Positions 41,861-50,467 of a stretch of 64,000 nucleotides of DNA are shown here, in pieces. The position numbers and the translations under genes are program-made. A model generated the notes under the pieces. It was not told where the DNA came from, made no database searches, and worked only from the letters and a program-made list of their open reading frames with translations. Origin of the DNA: an uncultured Acidobacteriota bacterium (GTDB taxonomy: Bacteria > Acidobacteriota > Thermoanaerobaculia > Multivoradales > SZUA-115); the NCBI GenBank assembly GCA_963805975.1, contig CAWDVR010000005.1, positions 640,001 through 704,000 on the forward strand. Reading direction: 5' to 3'. Each line of letters starts with the position of its first letter. Position 1 is the stretch's first letter.

Positions 41861-44404
41861 ATGCGCCGCGACCTCCCGCCCCTGCTGCTCGCCGCCGCTC
41901 TGCTGGCCGTCGGCTCCGCGGCGGCCAGCGCGCCGGCGGCCCGCACCGAGCCGCCAGCGGTCGAGAAGCCGCAGGCCGGCGCTCCGGCAGAAGGCGGGCT
42001 GCCGCTCCAGTACCGCCAGTGGCTGGAGGAGGTCTCGGTGCTGATCACCGAGGAGGAGCGGCAGGTCTTCCTGGGGCTACAGAAGGACTACCAGCGCGAC
42101 GCCTTCATCGACCGCTTCTGGCGCGAGCGCGACCCTTACCCGGACACCGGTAGAAACGAGCTCCGCGAGCGCTGGAGCGAACGGGTGGACCTGGCGCGTG
42201 CCACCTTCCGCCGCCTGGACGACGCGCGCGCCAAGGTGCTGCTGCTCAACGGCGCGCCCGAGGTCCAGCGCCGGGTGCAGTGCCGCGCTGCCTTCTGGCC
42301 GCTCGAGCTGTGGTTCTATCCCGGTGGCAGCGACCTCTTCCGCTCCCGCTTCGTGGTCCTCTTCTACCAGCCCGGAGGCGGCGGGCCGTTCCGCATCTGG
42401 CACCAGAGCTTCGGCCGCCAGGAGCTGGTGAGCTTCGACACCGACGCGAGCTGCCAGCCCGACGACGTCGAGCTGATCCGCATCGCGCTGCGCTGGATCG
42501 ACGAAGAGGGCGACGTGGGCTACAGGAGCCTGCTCGATCGCGTCTCCTCGTCCCCCGGCCTGGGCGGCCGCGAGTGGGTGGCGACCTTCAACTCGTACTC
42601 GACGGACCTGCCGGCGGGTGCCGAGACCTTCGCCGCCGAGGTGGCGCTCGACTTTCCCGGTTTTCACCAGAACCGCACGGTGGTGCAAGGCGCGGTTCTG
42701 ATCTCCCCGGAGGCGGTGAAGGCTGCCGAGCTGGGCGGCGAGAAGAGCTACAACTTCGTGCTCACCGGCGAGGTGCTGCAAGGGCCGGCGCTCTTCGACT
42801 CCTTCCGCTACAAGTTCGACCTGCCGGCCGCGGCCCTTCCGGCGGGTACCGCCGGCGCCAGGATGCCCCTGGTCTTCCAGCGCTACCTGCGTCCGGGTGG
42901 GCCCTACACGCTGGTGGTCAAGGTGGAGGACCTGGCGGCCCGGCGGTTCTTCCGACTGGAGCGCGCCTTCGAGGTGCCGCGGGTCACCGAGCCCGAGCTT
43001 GCGCCGCCGCTCGACCCGCGCCTCGCCGAGGTGCTGGCCGAGGCCAACGCCGCGCTCGCCGCGGGCGAGACCACGGTCAAGGTGGTGCCGCCCTTCGGTG
43101 ATCTCCTGACCGGCTTCGTGCGCTTCGACACCGTGGTCACGGGCAGCGAGGTGCGGCAGGTGCGGTTCGAGCTCGACGGCGAGCCCATCCTCACCAAGAC
43201 CAAGCCACCGTTCTCGGTGGAGCTCGACCTGGGAGACTTCCCGCGCCCGCACACGCTCCGCGCCACGGCCTTCGCCGAGAGCGGCGAGGAGCTCGCGAGC
43301 CACGAGATGCTGGTGAACTTGACCGGCAGCCGCTTCCGCGTGCGGCTCACCGAGCCCCACCGCGGCAAGCGCTACGAGAAGAGCCTGCGGGCACGGGCCG
43401 AGGTGGAGGTGCCCCAGGGCGACGCCTGCGAGCGGGTCGAGATGTACCTGAACGACACCCTGGTCGCCACCCTCTACCAGCCGCCCTATGTGCAGCCGAT
43501 CCTGCTGCCCGAGAAGCAGGAGTCGCTCTTCGTCCGTGCCGTGGCCTACCGCACTGACGGCGGCTTCTCCGAGGACGTGGTGTTCCTCAACACGCCCGGC
43601 TACGGCGAGGAGGTCGCCATCCAGCTGGTCGAGCTCTACACCTCGGTGCTCGACCGCCAGGGCCGTCCCGTGACGGGCTTGCAGCAGGGCGATTTCCGGG
43701 TGAAGGAGGACGGTGTCGAGCAGGAGATCGCGCGCTTCGAGCAGGTGCGCGACCTGCCGTTCCACGCCGCCATCGTGCTCGACACCTCGGCCTCGATGGC
43801 AGACCGTATCGAGGCCGCGCGCGCCGCGGCGCTCGAGTTCTTCGAGCACTCGATCCGGCCGCGGGACCGGGCGGCGCTCCTCACCTTCAACGACCGGCCC
43901 TACCTCACCGTGCCCTTCACCAACGATCCCAAGGTCTTCGGCCCCGGCCTCGCGGGCTTGAAAGCCGAGCGCGGCACGGCGCTCCACGACAGCCTGATCT
44001 ACTCGCTCTTCTACTTCACGGGAGTGACCGGCCAGCGGGCGCTGATCGTGATCTCCGACGGCAAGGACGAGTCCAGCCGCTTCGAGTTCGACCAGGCCCT
44101 GGAGTACGCCCGCCGCGCCGGCATCACGGTCTACACCATCTCGCTGGGCCTCGAAAAAAAGGAAGCCGCGGCGAAAAAGGCCCTCACCCGACTGGCGGAC
44201 GAGACCGGCGGCCGGAGCTTCTTCCTCGGCTCGATCGCGGAGCTACCCGCCGTCTACTCCTCGATCGAGGAGGAGCTGCGCTCGCAGTACCTGGTGGCCT
44301 ACCAGTCGAAGAACACCGCGCGCGACCGTGCCTTCCGCTCGATCGACCTCGAAGTCGCCCGCCGGGGCGTGGAAGTGAAGACGCTACGGGGGTATTACCC
44401 GTAG
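41861..44404 (+). CDS. Secreted GWxTD-like / Ig-like / VWA protein, paralog 2
   Basis: Same architecture; DTSAS, GTALHD and SDGKD; ends GYYP. Confidence 0.88.
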   Translation: MRRDLPPLLLAAALLAVGSAAASAPAARTEPPAVEKPQAGAPAEGGLPLQYRQWLEEVSVLITEEERQVFLGLQKDYQRDAFIDRFWRERDPYPDTGRNELRERWSERVDLARATFRRLDDARAKVLLLNGAPEVQRRVQCRAAFWPLELWFYPGGSDLFRSRFVVLFYQPGGGGPFRIWHQSFGRQELVSFDTDASCQPDDVELIRIALRWIDEEGDVGYRSLLDRVSSSPGLGGREWVATFNSYSTDLPAGAETFAAEVALDFPGFHQNRTVVQGAVLISPEAVKAAELGGEKSYNFVLTGEVLQGPALFDSFRYKFDLPAAALPAGTAGARMPLVFQRYLRPGGPYTLVVKVEDLAARRFFRLERAFEVPRVTEPELAPPLDPRLAEVLAEANAALAAGETTVKVVPPFGDLLTGFVRFDTVVTGSEVRQVRFELDGEPILTKTKPPFSVELDLGDFPRPHTLRATAFAESGEELASHEMLVNLTGSRFRVRLTEPHRGKRYEKSLRARAEVEVPQGDACERVEMYLNDTLVATLYQPPYVQPILLPEKQESLFVRAVAYRTDGGFSEDVVFLNTPGYGEEVAIQLVELYTSVLDRQGRPVTGLQQGDFRVKEDGVEQEIARFEQVRDLPFHAAIVLDTSASMADRIEAARAAALEFFEHSIRPRDRAALLTFNDRPYLTVPFTNDPKVFGPGLAGLKAERGTALHDSLIYSLFYFTGVTGQRALIVISDGKDESSRFEFDQALEYARRAGITVYTISLGLEKKEAAAKKALTRLADETGGRSFFLGSIAELPAVYSSIEEELRSQYLVAYQSKNTARDRAFRSIDLEVARRGVEVKTLRGYYP

Positions 44405-44464
44405 GGGCTCGTCCGCCCTGTTCCGGCGTGCCTCGCGGGATCATCGATAGACTAGGCATCGGAG

Positions 44465-44680
44465 GTGTCCGCCATGTCCCACACGTTCACGCTCGAGTAC
44501 TGGCCCGATGAGGACGGCTACGTCGGCCGGCTGCGCGAGGTCCCCAGCGTCTTCAGCCAGGGAGACACGGTCGCCGAGCTCGAGGAGAACATCCGTGACG
44601 CGTACGCGCTGCTGCTCGAAGACGAGCTGGAGGACCATCACCCGCAGGCACTGCGCAAGGCAATCGAGGTCGCTGTTTGA
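44465..44680 (+). CDS. hicB: HicB-family antitoxin (short form)
   Basis: GYVGRLREVPSVFSQGDTVAELEENIRDA. The start may be the ATG at 44474. Confidence 0.88.
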   Translation: MSAMSHTFTLEYWPDEDGYVGRLREVPSVFSQGDTVAELEENIRDAYALLLEDELEDHHPQALRKAIEVAV

Positions 44681-44856
44681 AGCGCAGCTCCTTCCTGCGC
44701 GAGCTGGCTGAAGCTGGCTGCGAGCTTCATCGCCACGGCAAGAAGCACGACCTTTATCGCAACCCGAAGAACGGCGCGAAATCGCCCGTACCGCGTCACA
44801 CCGAGATCAAGAACAGCCTCTGCACGCTGATCCGCAAGCAGCTCGGCATTGGCTAG
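44677..44856 (+). CDS. hicA: HicA-family toxin (not in the ORF track)
   Basis: TTG start overlapping the hicB stop: MKRSSFLRELAEAGCELHRHGKKHDLYRNPKNGAKSPVPRHTEI...IRKQLG. Confidence 0.88.
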   Translation: MKRSSFLRELAEAGCELHRHGKKHDLYRNPKNGAKSPVPRHTEIKNSLCTLIRKQLGIG

Positions 44857-44949
44857 CAGGCTCCGACTGCCACGTAGTACCCGTGAGGCGTGCTGAGCTG
44901 CGCGGTGCGCAAAGGCCGGCTAGAATGAATGGCCTACTGAGGAGGCTCG

Positions 44950-45147
44950 ATGAGCACGATGACCCTGACCGCAAAGGACCGAATGATGCGGGTGCTCCAG
45001 GAGCAGCCGGACGACAGCACCTACGTAGAGCTGCTGCGGGAGCTGGCCTTCGAGCGGATGATCGAAGACGGGATCGAGGATCTGGACGCAGGGAGAGTCG
45101 TGAGCCACGAAGAGGCGCTGCGCGAGATTCAATCGTGGGGAAAGTGA
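44950..45147 (+). CDS. Putative antitoxin of a RelE/ParE module
   Basis: 65 aa and acidic, IEDGIEDLDAGRVVSHEEA; overlaps the toxin gene. Confidence 0.75.
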   Translation: MSTMTLTAKDRMMRVLQEQPDDSTYVELLRELAFERMIEDGIEDLDAGRVVSHEEALREIQSWGK

Positions 45148-45431
45148 AGTGGAGTCGGACGGCCCTCTCATGATTGCGAGAGATCCGCGCTTATATCGCA
45201 AGGGACAACCCGAGGGCCGCGCTGCGTACCGTGAGCGGCATCGTAGAGCGCATTGAGATCCTCAGCCGCTTCCCCGAGATCGGTCAGCGCTACACGACGA
45301 AGTCCGGCAAGGAGTGCCGGATTCTGCTTTACGGCCACTACCGCATCGCCTACCGAGCCAATGCTGAAGGAGATGTCGAGCTGATCGGAATCTTCCACGG
45401 CGCTCTCGACATCGAGCGATTCCTCAGCTAG
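45135..45431 (+). pseudogene. RelE/ParE-family toxin with an in-frame TGA at codon 13
   Basis: MGKVKWSRTALS*LREIRAYIARDNPRAA...FPEIG...YRIAY...IFHG; the stop is at 45171-45173. Confidence 0.8.
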
Positions 45432-45555
45432 AGCAGGGCCCGAGCCGCTGACCTATCGCATCCCGGAGCCCGCGACCCAGCTCCGGTCGGCTGAGACAGG
45501 GTCTCTCCTGCGTCGCGGCTGTCGTTGGGCTCGCCTCAATTCCGCATGCTGCGCG

Positions 45556-45807
45556 CTACTCGTCCGGGTTCAGATTGAAGCGGTGCTTCATCTCGAGGAT
45601 CACCTGATTCACGACTGCAAGACTTGCTTCGGACAGGCCTGAAGCCCGGAGACGGAGCGTCGACACTTCCCAATTGCAGCCGTCCTCATCTGGCTGGAGA
45701 GCGTCGATGTAGCCCACGCCAATCTCGTGGCACTCTGGGTACTTTGCAAGCTCCTGGTTAAGGATCTCCAGAAGCCGCTCCCGCGACACCTCTTCTCGTC
45801 GAGTCAT
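45556..45807 (-). CDS. Small hypothetical protein
   Basis: GGAGG RBS and an 83-aa ORF, MTRREEVSRERLLEILNQEL...CNW...FNL; lower GC than the flanks. Confidence 0.6.
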   Translation of the reverse strand: MTRREEVSRERLLEILNQELAKYPECHEIGVGYIDALQPDEDGCNWEVSTLRLRASGLSEASLAVVNQVILEMKHRFNLNPDE

Positions 45808-45883
45808 GAAAAGCCTCCGGTTTGCAGAGAGCATTGACACCCCCGCACCGCAACAGAACGGGCCAGGATGGCCGAAGCCGAGC

Positions 45884-46939
45884 CTAGAACAGCGGCGGTT
45901 GGGCGCTTTCCTCGTCGCGCGCTTCCTCGCTCGCCTCACGCCTGTCGGTGCCGCTCTCGTCTTCTCCCGGCAGCGCCGGCTCCGCCGTCAGCCCGTCGAG
46001 GTAGAGATAACGGCCGAAGCCCTTGAGGAACTGCAGGCCGGTGCCGCGCTCGCGGGCGATCTTGAGCTGGTTGAGCTTGGCGTCGAGGTCGTCCACGAAG
46101 TGCAGCACCACGGCCTCGGCGGTCATCGGCTCGACCACGGCCGCGAACTCCCGCTTGCCTTGGTGCGAGAGCACGAGGTGCTCGAGCTGGAGCCGGAGGT
46201 CGGCCGGGAAGTCGGGGATCGCCGCCGTGCGCTCGAGCAGCAGGTCACGGCCGAGGACGACGTGGCCCACCAGGCGGCCCTCGACGGTGTAGTCGTTCAC
46301 CGGGAAGCCGCCCAGCTCGCGGATCTTTCCCAGGTCGTGGAAGAGCACTCCCAGGAGGAGCAGGTCGCGGTCCAGCTCGCGGTAGTGCGCGGCGACGGCC
46401 TCCGCCAGCTCCGCCATCGACACCACGTGCTCGAGCAGGCCGCCGCGGTAGGCGTGGTGCATGGACTTGGCGGCCGGGTGCTTGCGCAGGGCCTCGCCGT
46501 AGAGCTCCAGGGTCTCGCTCGCCAGGCGGGCGAGCAGCGGTCGCTCGATGCCCTCGCAGAGCACTCGCTCGAGCCGGCGCCAGAGCTCGTCCACGTCCTC
46601 GCGCGTGGACGGGATGAGCAGCGATTCGTCGAAACCGAAGCGCCGATCCTCTTCCGTCGCCTGGCGACAGTCGTCGATCGAGAGCTGCAGCGCGTCGCGG
46701 TACAGCTTGACCGATCCCTTGAACGCGACGAAGTTGTAGGCCTCGAATTGACCCTCGAGGGCCGGGCTGTCGCTCCAGATCTTGGCCACCATGCTGCCGC
46801 TGGTGTCGGCCAGCTCGAGGTCCATATAGGAGCGGTTGTTGCGGTCCTGGCGCACCTCTTTGCGCGTCAGGAGGGCAAATCCCTGCACTTGGTCCCCGGC
46901 CTGCCAGGTGGAGATCGGCTGGTTCTTGCGTGTGGGCAT
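45884..46939 (-). CDS. YhaM/Cbf1-like 3'-5' exoribonuclease (OB plus HD domains)
   Basis: N-terminal OB fold, PAAKSMHHAYRGGLLEH, FHDLGK, GH and SHQG. Confidence 0.9.
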   Translation of the reverse strand: MPTRKNQPISTWQAGDQVQGFALLTRKEVRQDRNNRSYMDLELADTSGSMVAKIWSDSPALEGQFEAYNFVAFKGSVKLYRDALQLSIDDCRQATEEDRRFGFDESLLIPSTREDVDELWRRLERVLCEGIERPLLARLASETLELYGEALRKHPAAKSMHHAYRGGLLEHVVSMAELAEAVAAHYRELDRDLLLLGVLFHDLGKIRELGGFPVNDYTVEGRLVGHVVLGRDLLLERTAAIPDFPADLRLQLEHLVLSHQGKREFAAVVEPMTAEAVVLHFVDDLDAKLNQLKIARERGTGLQFLKGFGRYLYLDGLTAEPALPGEDESGTDRREASEEARDEESAQPPLF

Positions 46940-47086
46940 GGTCGTCGGCCGCGTGGTCCCGTCGGCCGGCGCCGGGAGACGGAGGGCAGGGGCTGCGGCG
47001 AATAGTATGGCGGGATGGGCACGGGCGCCAAGGCGAGGACCGGCGAGCCCTCTCCGCTGGCACTGGGCATGCAGGCTGCCGGCGCC

Positions 47087-49732
47087 ATGACGTCGCCCCC
47101 CCACTCGACCGCCGCGTTCCTGCCCATCCTCCTGCTGACCGGCCTCGCCTGGGCCGCGACCTCGTCGCCGGCTCGCGCGGAAGAGACGGGGCCTTGGCCC
47201 GAGGCCGAGCGGAGCTTCTACTACGACGGCGCGGGCTGGCTGCTCGATGCGGGAACGCGGGAGAAGCTCCTCACGGTGGACGCCGCGAGCCGGGCGGCCT
47301 CGATCGGGGCCTTCCTGGGCCGGGACCCGATCCCCGAGACGGCGGGCAACGAGCTCCAGGAAGGCATCCGGCGCCGCCTCGAGCTGGCGCGCTCGCTGTT
47401 CCTGTCCCCGGCCGACATCCGCTACCAGATCCTGTTCCTCAATGGCCCACCCGCCGAGCGCCTGGTCATCGACTGCGGCGAGGCCTACAAGCCGCTCGAG
47501 GTCTGGAGCTACACGGTGGCTTCGGCCTCAGGCGCGCGGGGCGTGGAGGCGCAGGAGGATTCCGGGGCCGAGCCCGAGGATGGGGAGGTCAAGGGCCGCT
47601 CCCTGCGCCGGCGCTCGCGGTGGTCGGAGGGGCCGATGCTGGTGCTCTTCCGCCCCACGCCGCTCGATCCGTACCAGCTCTGGCGCCCGCACGACGGCAA
47701 GAAGGTGCTCTACACCTCGCAGATGCAGTACCTGCTCGACCAGTACGAGGAGCTGCGCAACCTGATCGTCGGCATGCGGTTCGACCTCCAGTCGTGCAAG
47801 GAGGCGCGCAAGGTCGACCGCGCGACGGGGGTCGAGGGCCTCACCGGGTTCCTGCGCGGCCGCCCCACCGCGCCGGCCATCGACGCTTTCGTGGCGCCGC
47901 CCGAGGATCTCGCGACCTGGGCGCGCGAGGCCGCCCTCACCCCGCTGCCGCCGAGCGACAAGGCGGCGCTCGCCGCCTCCGCGCTCGACGTCCAGTTCCC
48001 GAACCTGGCGGGCGACCGCATGCTGACGCGGCTGGTGGTGACCGTGCCGGCGGGAGACCCGATCGTCCCCAACGCCGACGGCGATCTCGAGCTGATGGTC
48101 GAGGGTGTGCTGTCGAGCGAAGGCCGGGTGCTGGCCCAGACGCGGGTGCGTTTCGAGCTCGAGCCGGCGGAGGCCGGCCAGCCGTTGCAGCTGGCCATCG
48201 ACGAGCTCTTGCGCCCCGGCCAACCGGTGGCGGCCCACTTCAAGGTCTGGGACGCGACGAGCGGTGCCACGGCCTGGGTGGCGGGTGGCTTCCGGGTGCC
48301 CCGCAGCCCGGTGGCCGAGGATGCCGTGGTGGGCTACCAGGGAGCCGTGGCCCAGGGCCAGAAGCTCGCCGAGGAGGCCGCCTCGGTGGCGCGCGACAGC
48401 CTGATGCTGGCGCCGCCGCTCGAAGGCCAGGTGGTGCTCGGGCTCTGGCGCTCGATCGCGCTGGTCACCGGGACGGGGATCAAGAAGGTGATCTTCAAGC
48501 TGGATGGCGTGCCGCAAGTCACGCGCGTCGGCGCGCCGTGGGATGTCGAGCTGCGCCTGTCGACCTACCCACGCGAGCAGATCGTGAGCGCCGAGGGCTA
48601 CGACGCGGCCGGCAAGCTGTTGGCCGTCGACGAGGTGATCCTCAACCAGCCGCGCGGCGCCTTCCGGGTGCGGATCGTCGAGCCGCGGCGAGGTGCCAAG
48701 CTCGCGGGCGAGGTCACGGCCCGCGCCGAGGTCGTGGTGCCGGACGAGCGGGAAGTGACCAAGGTGGAGTTCAAGGTGGGAGACGAGATCGTCGCCACGC
48801 TCGAGAAGCCGCCCTGGACGGCCGTGGTCCGGGCGCCGGCCACGGGCGAGACCGCCTACGTCTCAGCGACCGCCTACCTCGACGACGGCCGCCAGAGCGA
48901 GGACGTGCGCTTCCTCAACGCGCCCGCCTACGTCGAAGAGGTGGACGTCCGCCTGGTGGAGCTCTACACCACGGTCGCGGACCGCAATGGCCGGGTCGAG
49001 CCCGGTCTCACCGAGGCCGACTTCGAGGTGTTCGAGGACGGCCGGCGCCAGCAGATCTCGAAGTTCGAGCTGGTCGAGAACCTGCCGCTGATCCTGGGCA
49101 TCACCATCGACACCTCGGGCTCGATGTCGTCCGCGCTCACCGAGGCGCAGGCGGCCGCCCGCGCCTTCCTCGAAGAGGTGGTGCGGCCGGAAGACCACTG
49201 TTTCGTCGTCGCCTTCTCCGGCAAGCCGACCTTGGTGATGCCGCCCACCGACGACGAGAGCGCCTGCTCGCTGGGCCTCGAAGGCTTGCAGGCGGTGGGC
49301 GCCACCGCGCTCCACGACGCGGTGGTCACCAGCCTCTACTACATGCGCGAGCTCGAAGGGCAGCGCGCGCTGGTGCTGCTCTCCGACGGCGACGACACCT
49401 CGAGCGGCATCGGTTGGAACGATGCGCTCGAGTACGCCAAACGGAGCGGTGTGGTGATCTTCCCCGTGGGTCTCGACGTGGGCGCCGCCGACCTGCGGGT
49501 GCGCGGCAAGCTGGGCGACCTGGCGCGGGAGACCGGCGGCCGGGTGTTCTACATCGACCGCGCCCGCGAGCTCGCGAGCATCTACGCCGAGATCGAGAAC
49601 GAGTTGCGCAGCCGCTACCTCATCGCCTACGCCCCCGACCGCAGCGACGAGTCGGGCGCCTTCCGCGTGATCGAGGTCCGGGTGAAAAAGGACGGCTTGA
49701 AAGCGCGCACCCTCCGTGGCTACTATCGGTGA
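47087..49732 (+). CDS. Secreted GWxTD-like / Ig-like / VWA protein, paralog 3 (most divergent)
   Basis: RDPIPETAGNEL, LNGPP, DTSGS, ATALHD and SDGDD; ends GYYR. The start is inferred from the signal peptide. Confidence 0.85.
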   Translation: MTSPPHSTAAFLPILLLTGLAWAATSSPARAEETGPWPEAERSFYYDGAGWLLDAGTREKLLTVDAASRAASIGAFLGRDPIPETAGNELQEGIRRRLELARSLFLSPADIRYQILFLNGPPAERLVIDCGEAYKPLEVWSYTVASASGARGVEAQEDSGAEPEDGEVKGRSLRRRSRWSEGPMLVLFRPTPLDPYQLWRPHDGKKVLYTSQMQYLLDQYEELRNLIVGMRFDLQSCKEARKVDRATGVEGLTGFLRGRPTAPAIDAFVAPPEDLATWAREAALTPLPPSDKAALAASALDVQFPNLAGDRMLTRLVVTVPAGDPIVPNADGDLELMVEGVLSSEGRVLAQTRVRFELEPAEAGQPLQLAIDELLRPGQPVAAHFKVWDATSGATAWVAGGFRVPRSPVAEDAVVGYQGAVAQGQKLAEEAASVARDSLMLAPPLEGQVVLGLWRSIALVTGTGIKKVIFKLDGVPQVTRVGAPWDVELRLSTYPREQIVSAEGYDAAGKLLAVDEVILNQPRGAFRVRIVEPRRGAKLAGEVTARAEVVVPDEREVTKVEFKVGDEIVATLEKPPWTAVVRAPATGETAYVSATAYLDDGRQSEDVRFLNAPAYVEEVDVRLVELYTTVADRNGRVEPGLTEADFEVFEDGRRQQISKFELVENLPLILGITIDTSGSMSSALTEAQAAARAFLEEVVRPEDHCFVVAFSGKPTLVMPPTDDESACSLGLEGLQAVGATALHDAVVTSLYYMRELEGQRALVLLSDGDDTSSGIGWNDALEYAKRSGVVIFPVGLDVGAADLRVRGKLGDLARETGGRVFYIDRARELASIYAEIENELRSRYLIAYAPDRSDESGAFRVIEVRVKKDGLKARTLRGYYR

Positions 49733-49752
49733 CAAGGACGGGCCCAACCAAG

Positions 49753-50415
49753 ATGCCTCTACGAGCTGCAGCCACCGCCTTCGCCATCGTTCTCTTCCTC
49801 GCCACCTCCGCCTTCGCCGCGGAGACCGGGATCTTCGAGCTCGGCTCGATCAACAAGAAGTACGACCATCTGACCTCGGACCTGGCGCCGGTCGAGACCG
49901 GCGGCGTCAAGGTCGAGCTCTCTTCGCCGCGCAACGAGCTCTCCCTGCTCTCCAACCGCATGGTGCTGCGGCCGCTGGGGCAGGGGAGCTACGATCTCGC
50001 CCTGCAGATCGAGTTCGGCGGCAGCGGCTCGCTGATCGCCGATCTCGACGTGTCGGGCGCCAAGTCGCGCCTGACCGACGAGCTGACCGTGCCGCCCCAG
50101 CGCCGCACGGTGCTCGCCAAGATCAAGATCGCACGCTCGCGCTCCGGCTACCTCATCACCCCCACCGAGCTGCCGAAAGCCTTCGAGGTGGAGATCGAGA
50201 GCCGGCTCGGCTCGCAGCTCGTTGCCGCGTGCAAGCCGCTCGGCCTCCTCATGCCGCTCGATTGCGGGAGCCTGGAGCGCGCCTTCACCCTGGTCTCGAT
50301 CCCCATGCCCGCGCTGGGCGAGACCTACCTGTTCGAGGGCGATCGCCTGGCGGAAGGCGAGCGGCGTGACCTCGACGCCTACCTGAAGCGCACCGGCGCC
50401 ACGTTCCTGGACTGA
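49753..50415 (+). CDS. Secreted hypothetical protein
   Basis: Signal peptide ending AFA, beta-rich sequence and a Cys pair. Confidence 0.7.
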   Translation: MPLRAAATAFAIVLFLATSAFAAETGIFELGSINKKYDHLTSDLAPVETGGVKVELSSPRNELSLLSNRMVLRPLGQGSYDLALQIEFGGSGSLIADLDVSGAKSRLTDELTVPPQRRTVLAKIKIARSRSGYLITPTELPKAFEVEIESRLGSQLVAACKPLGLLMPLDCGSLERAFTLVSIPMPALGETYLFEGDRLAEGERRDLDAYLKRTGATFLD

Positions 50416-50438
50416 CCCGGCTCCTCTTCCTGCCCGTC

Positions 50439-50467
50439 TGTCATCCTCCGCTGCGCTCAGGATGACA
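50439..50467. repeat. Collapsed REP-like palindrome between convergent genes
   Basis: TGTCATCCT-CCGCTGCGCTC-AGGATGACA; same family as 55943-56057. Confidence 0.75.

Noticed and set aside
45171-45173. Selenocysteine or an alternative genetic code at the toxin TGA
   Set aside because: TGA is the normal stop of many genes here, the position is not a redox Cys site, and no SECIS-like hairpin is evident.
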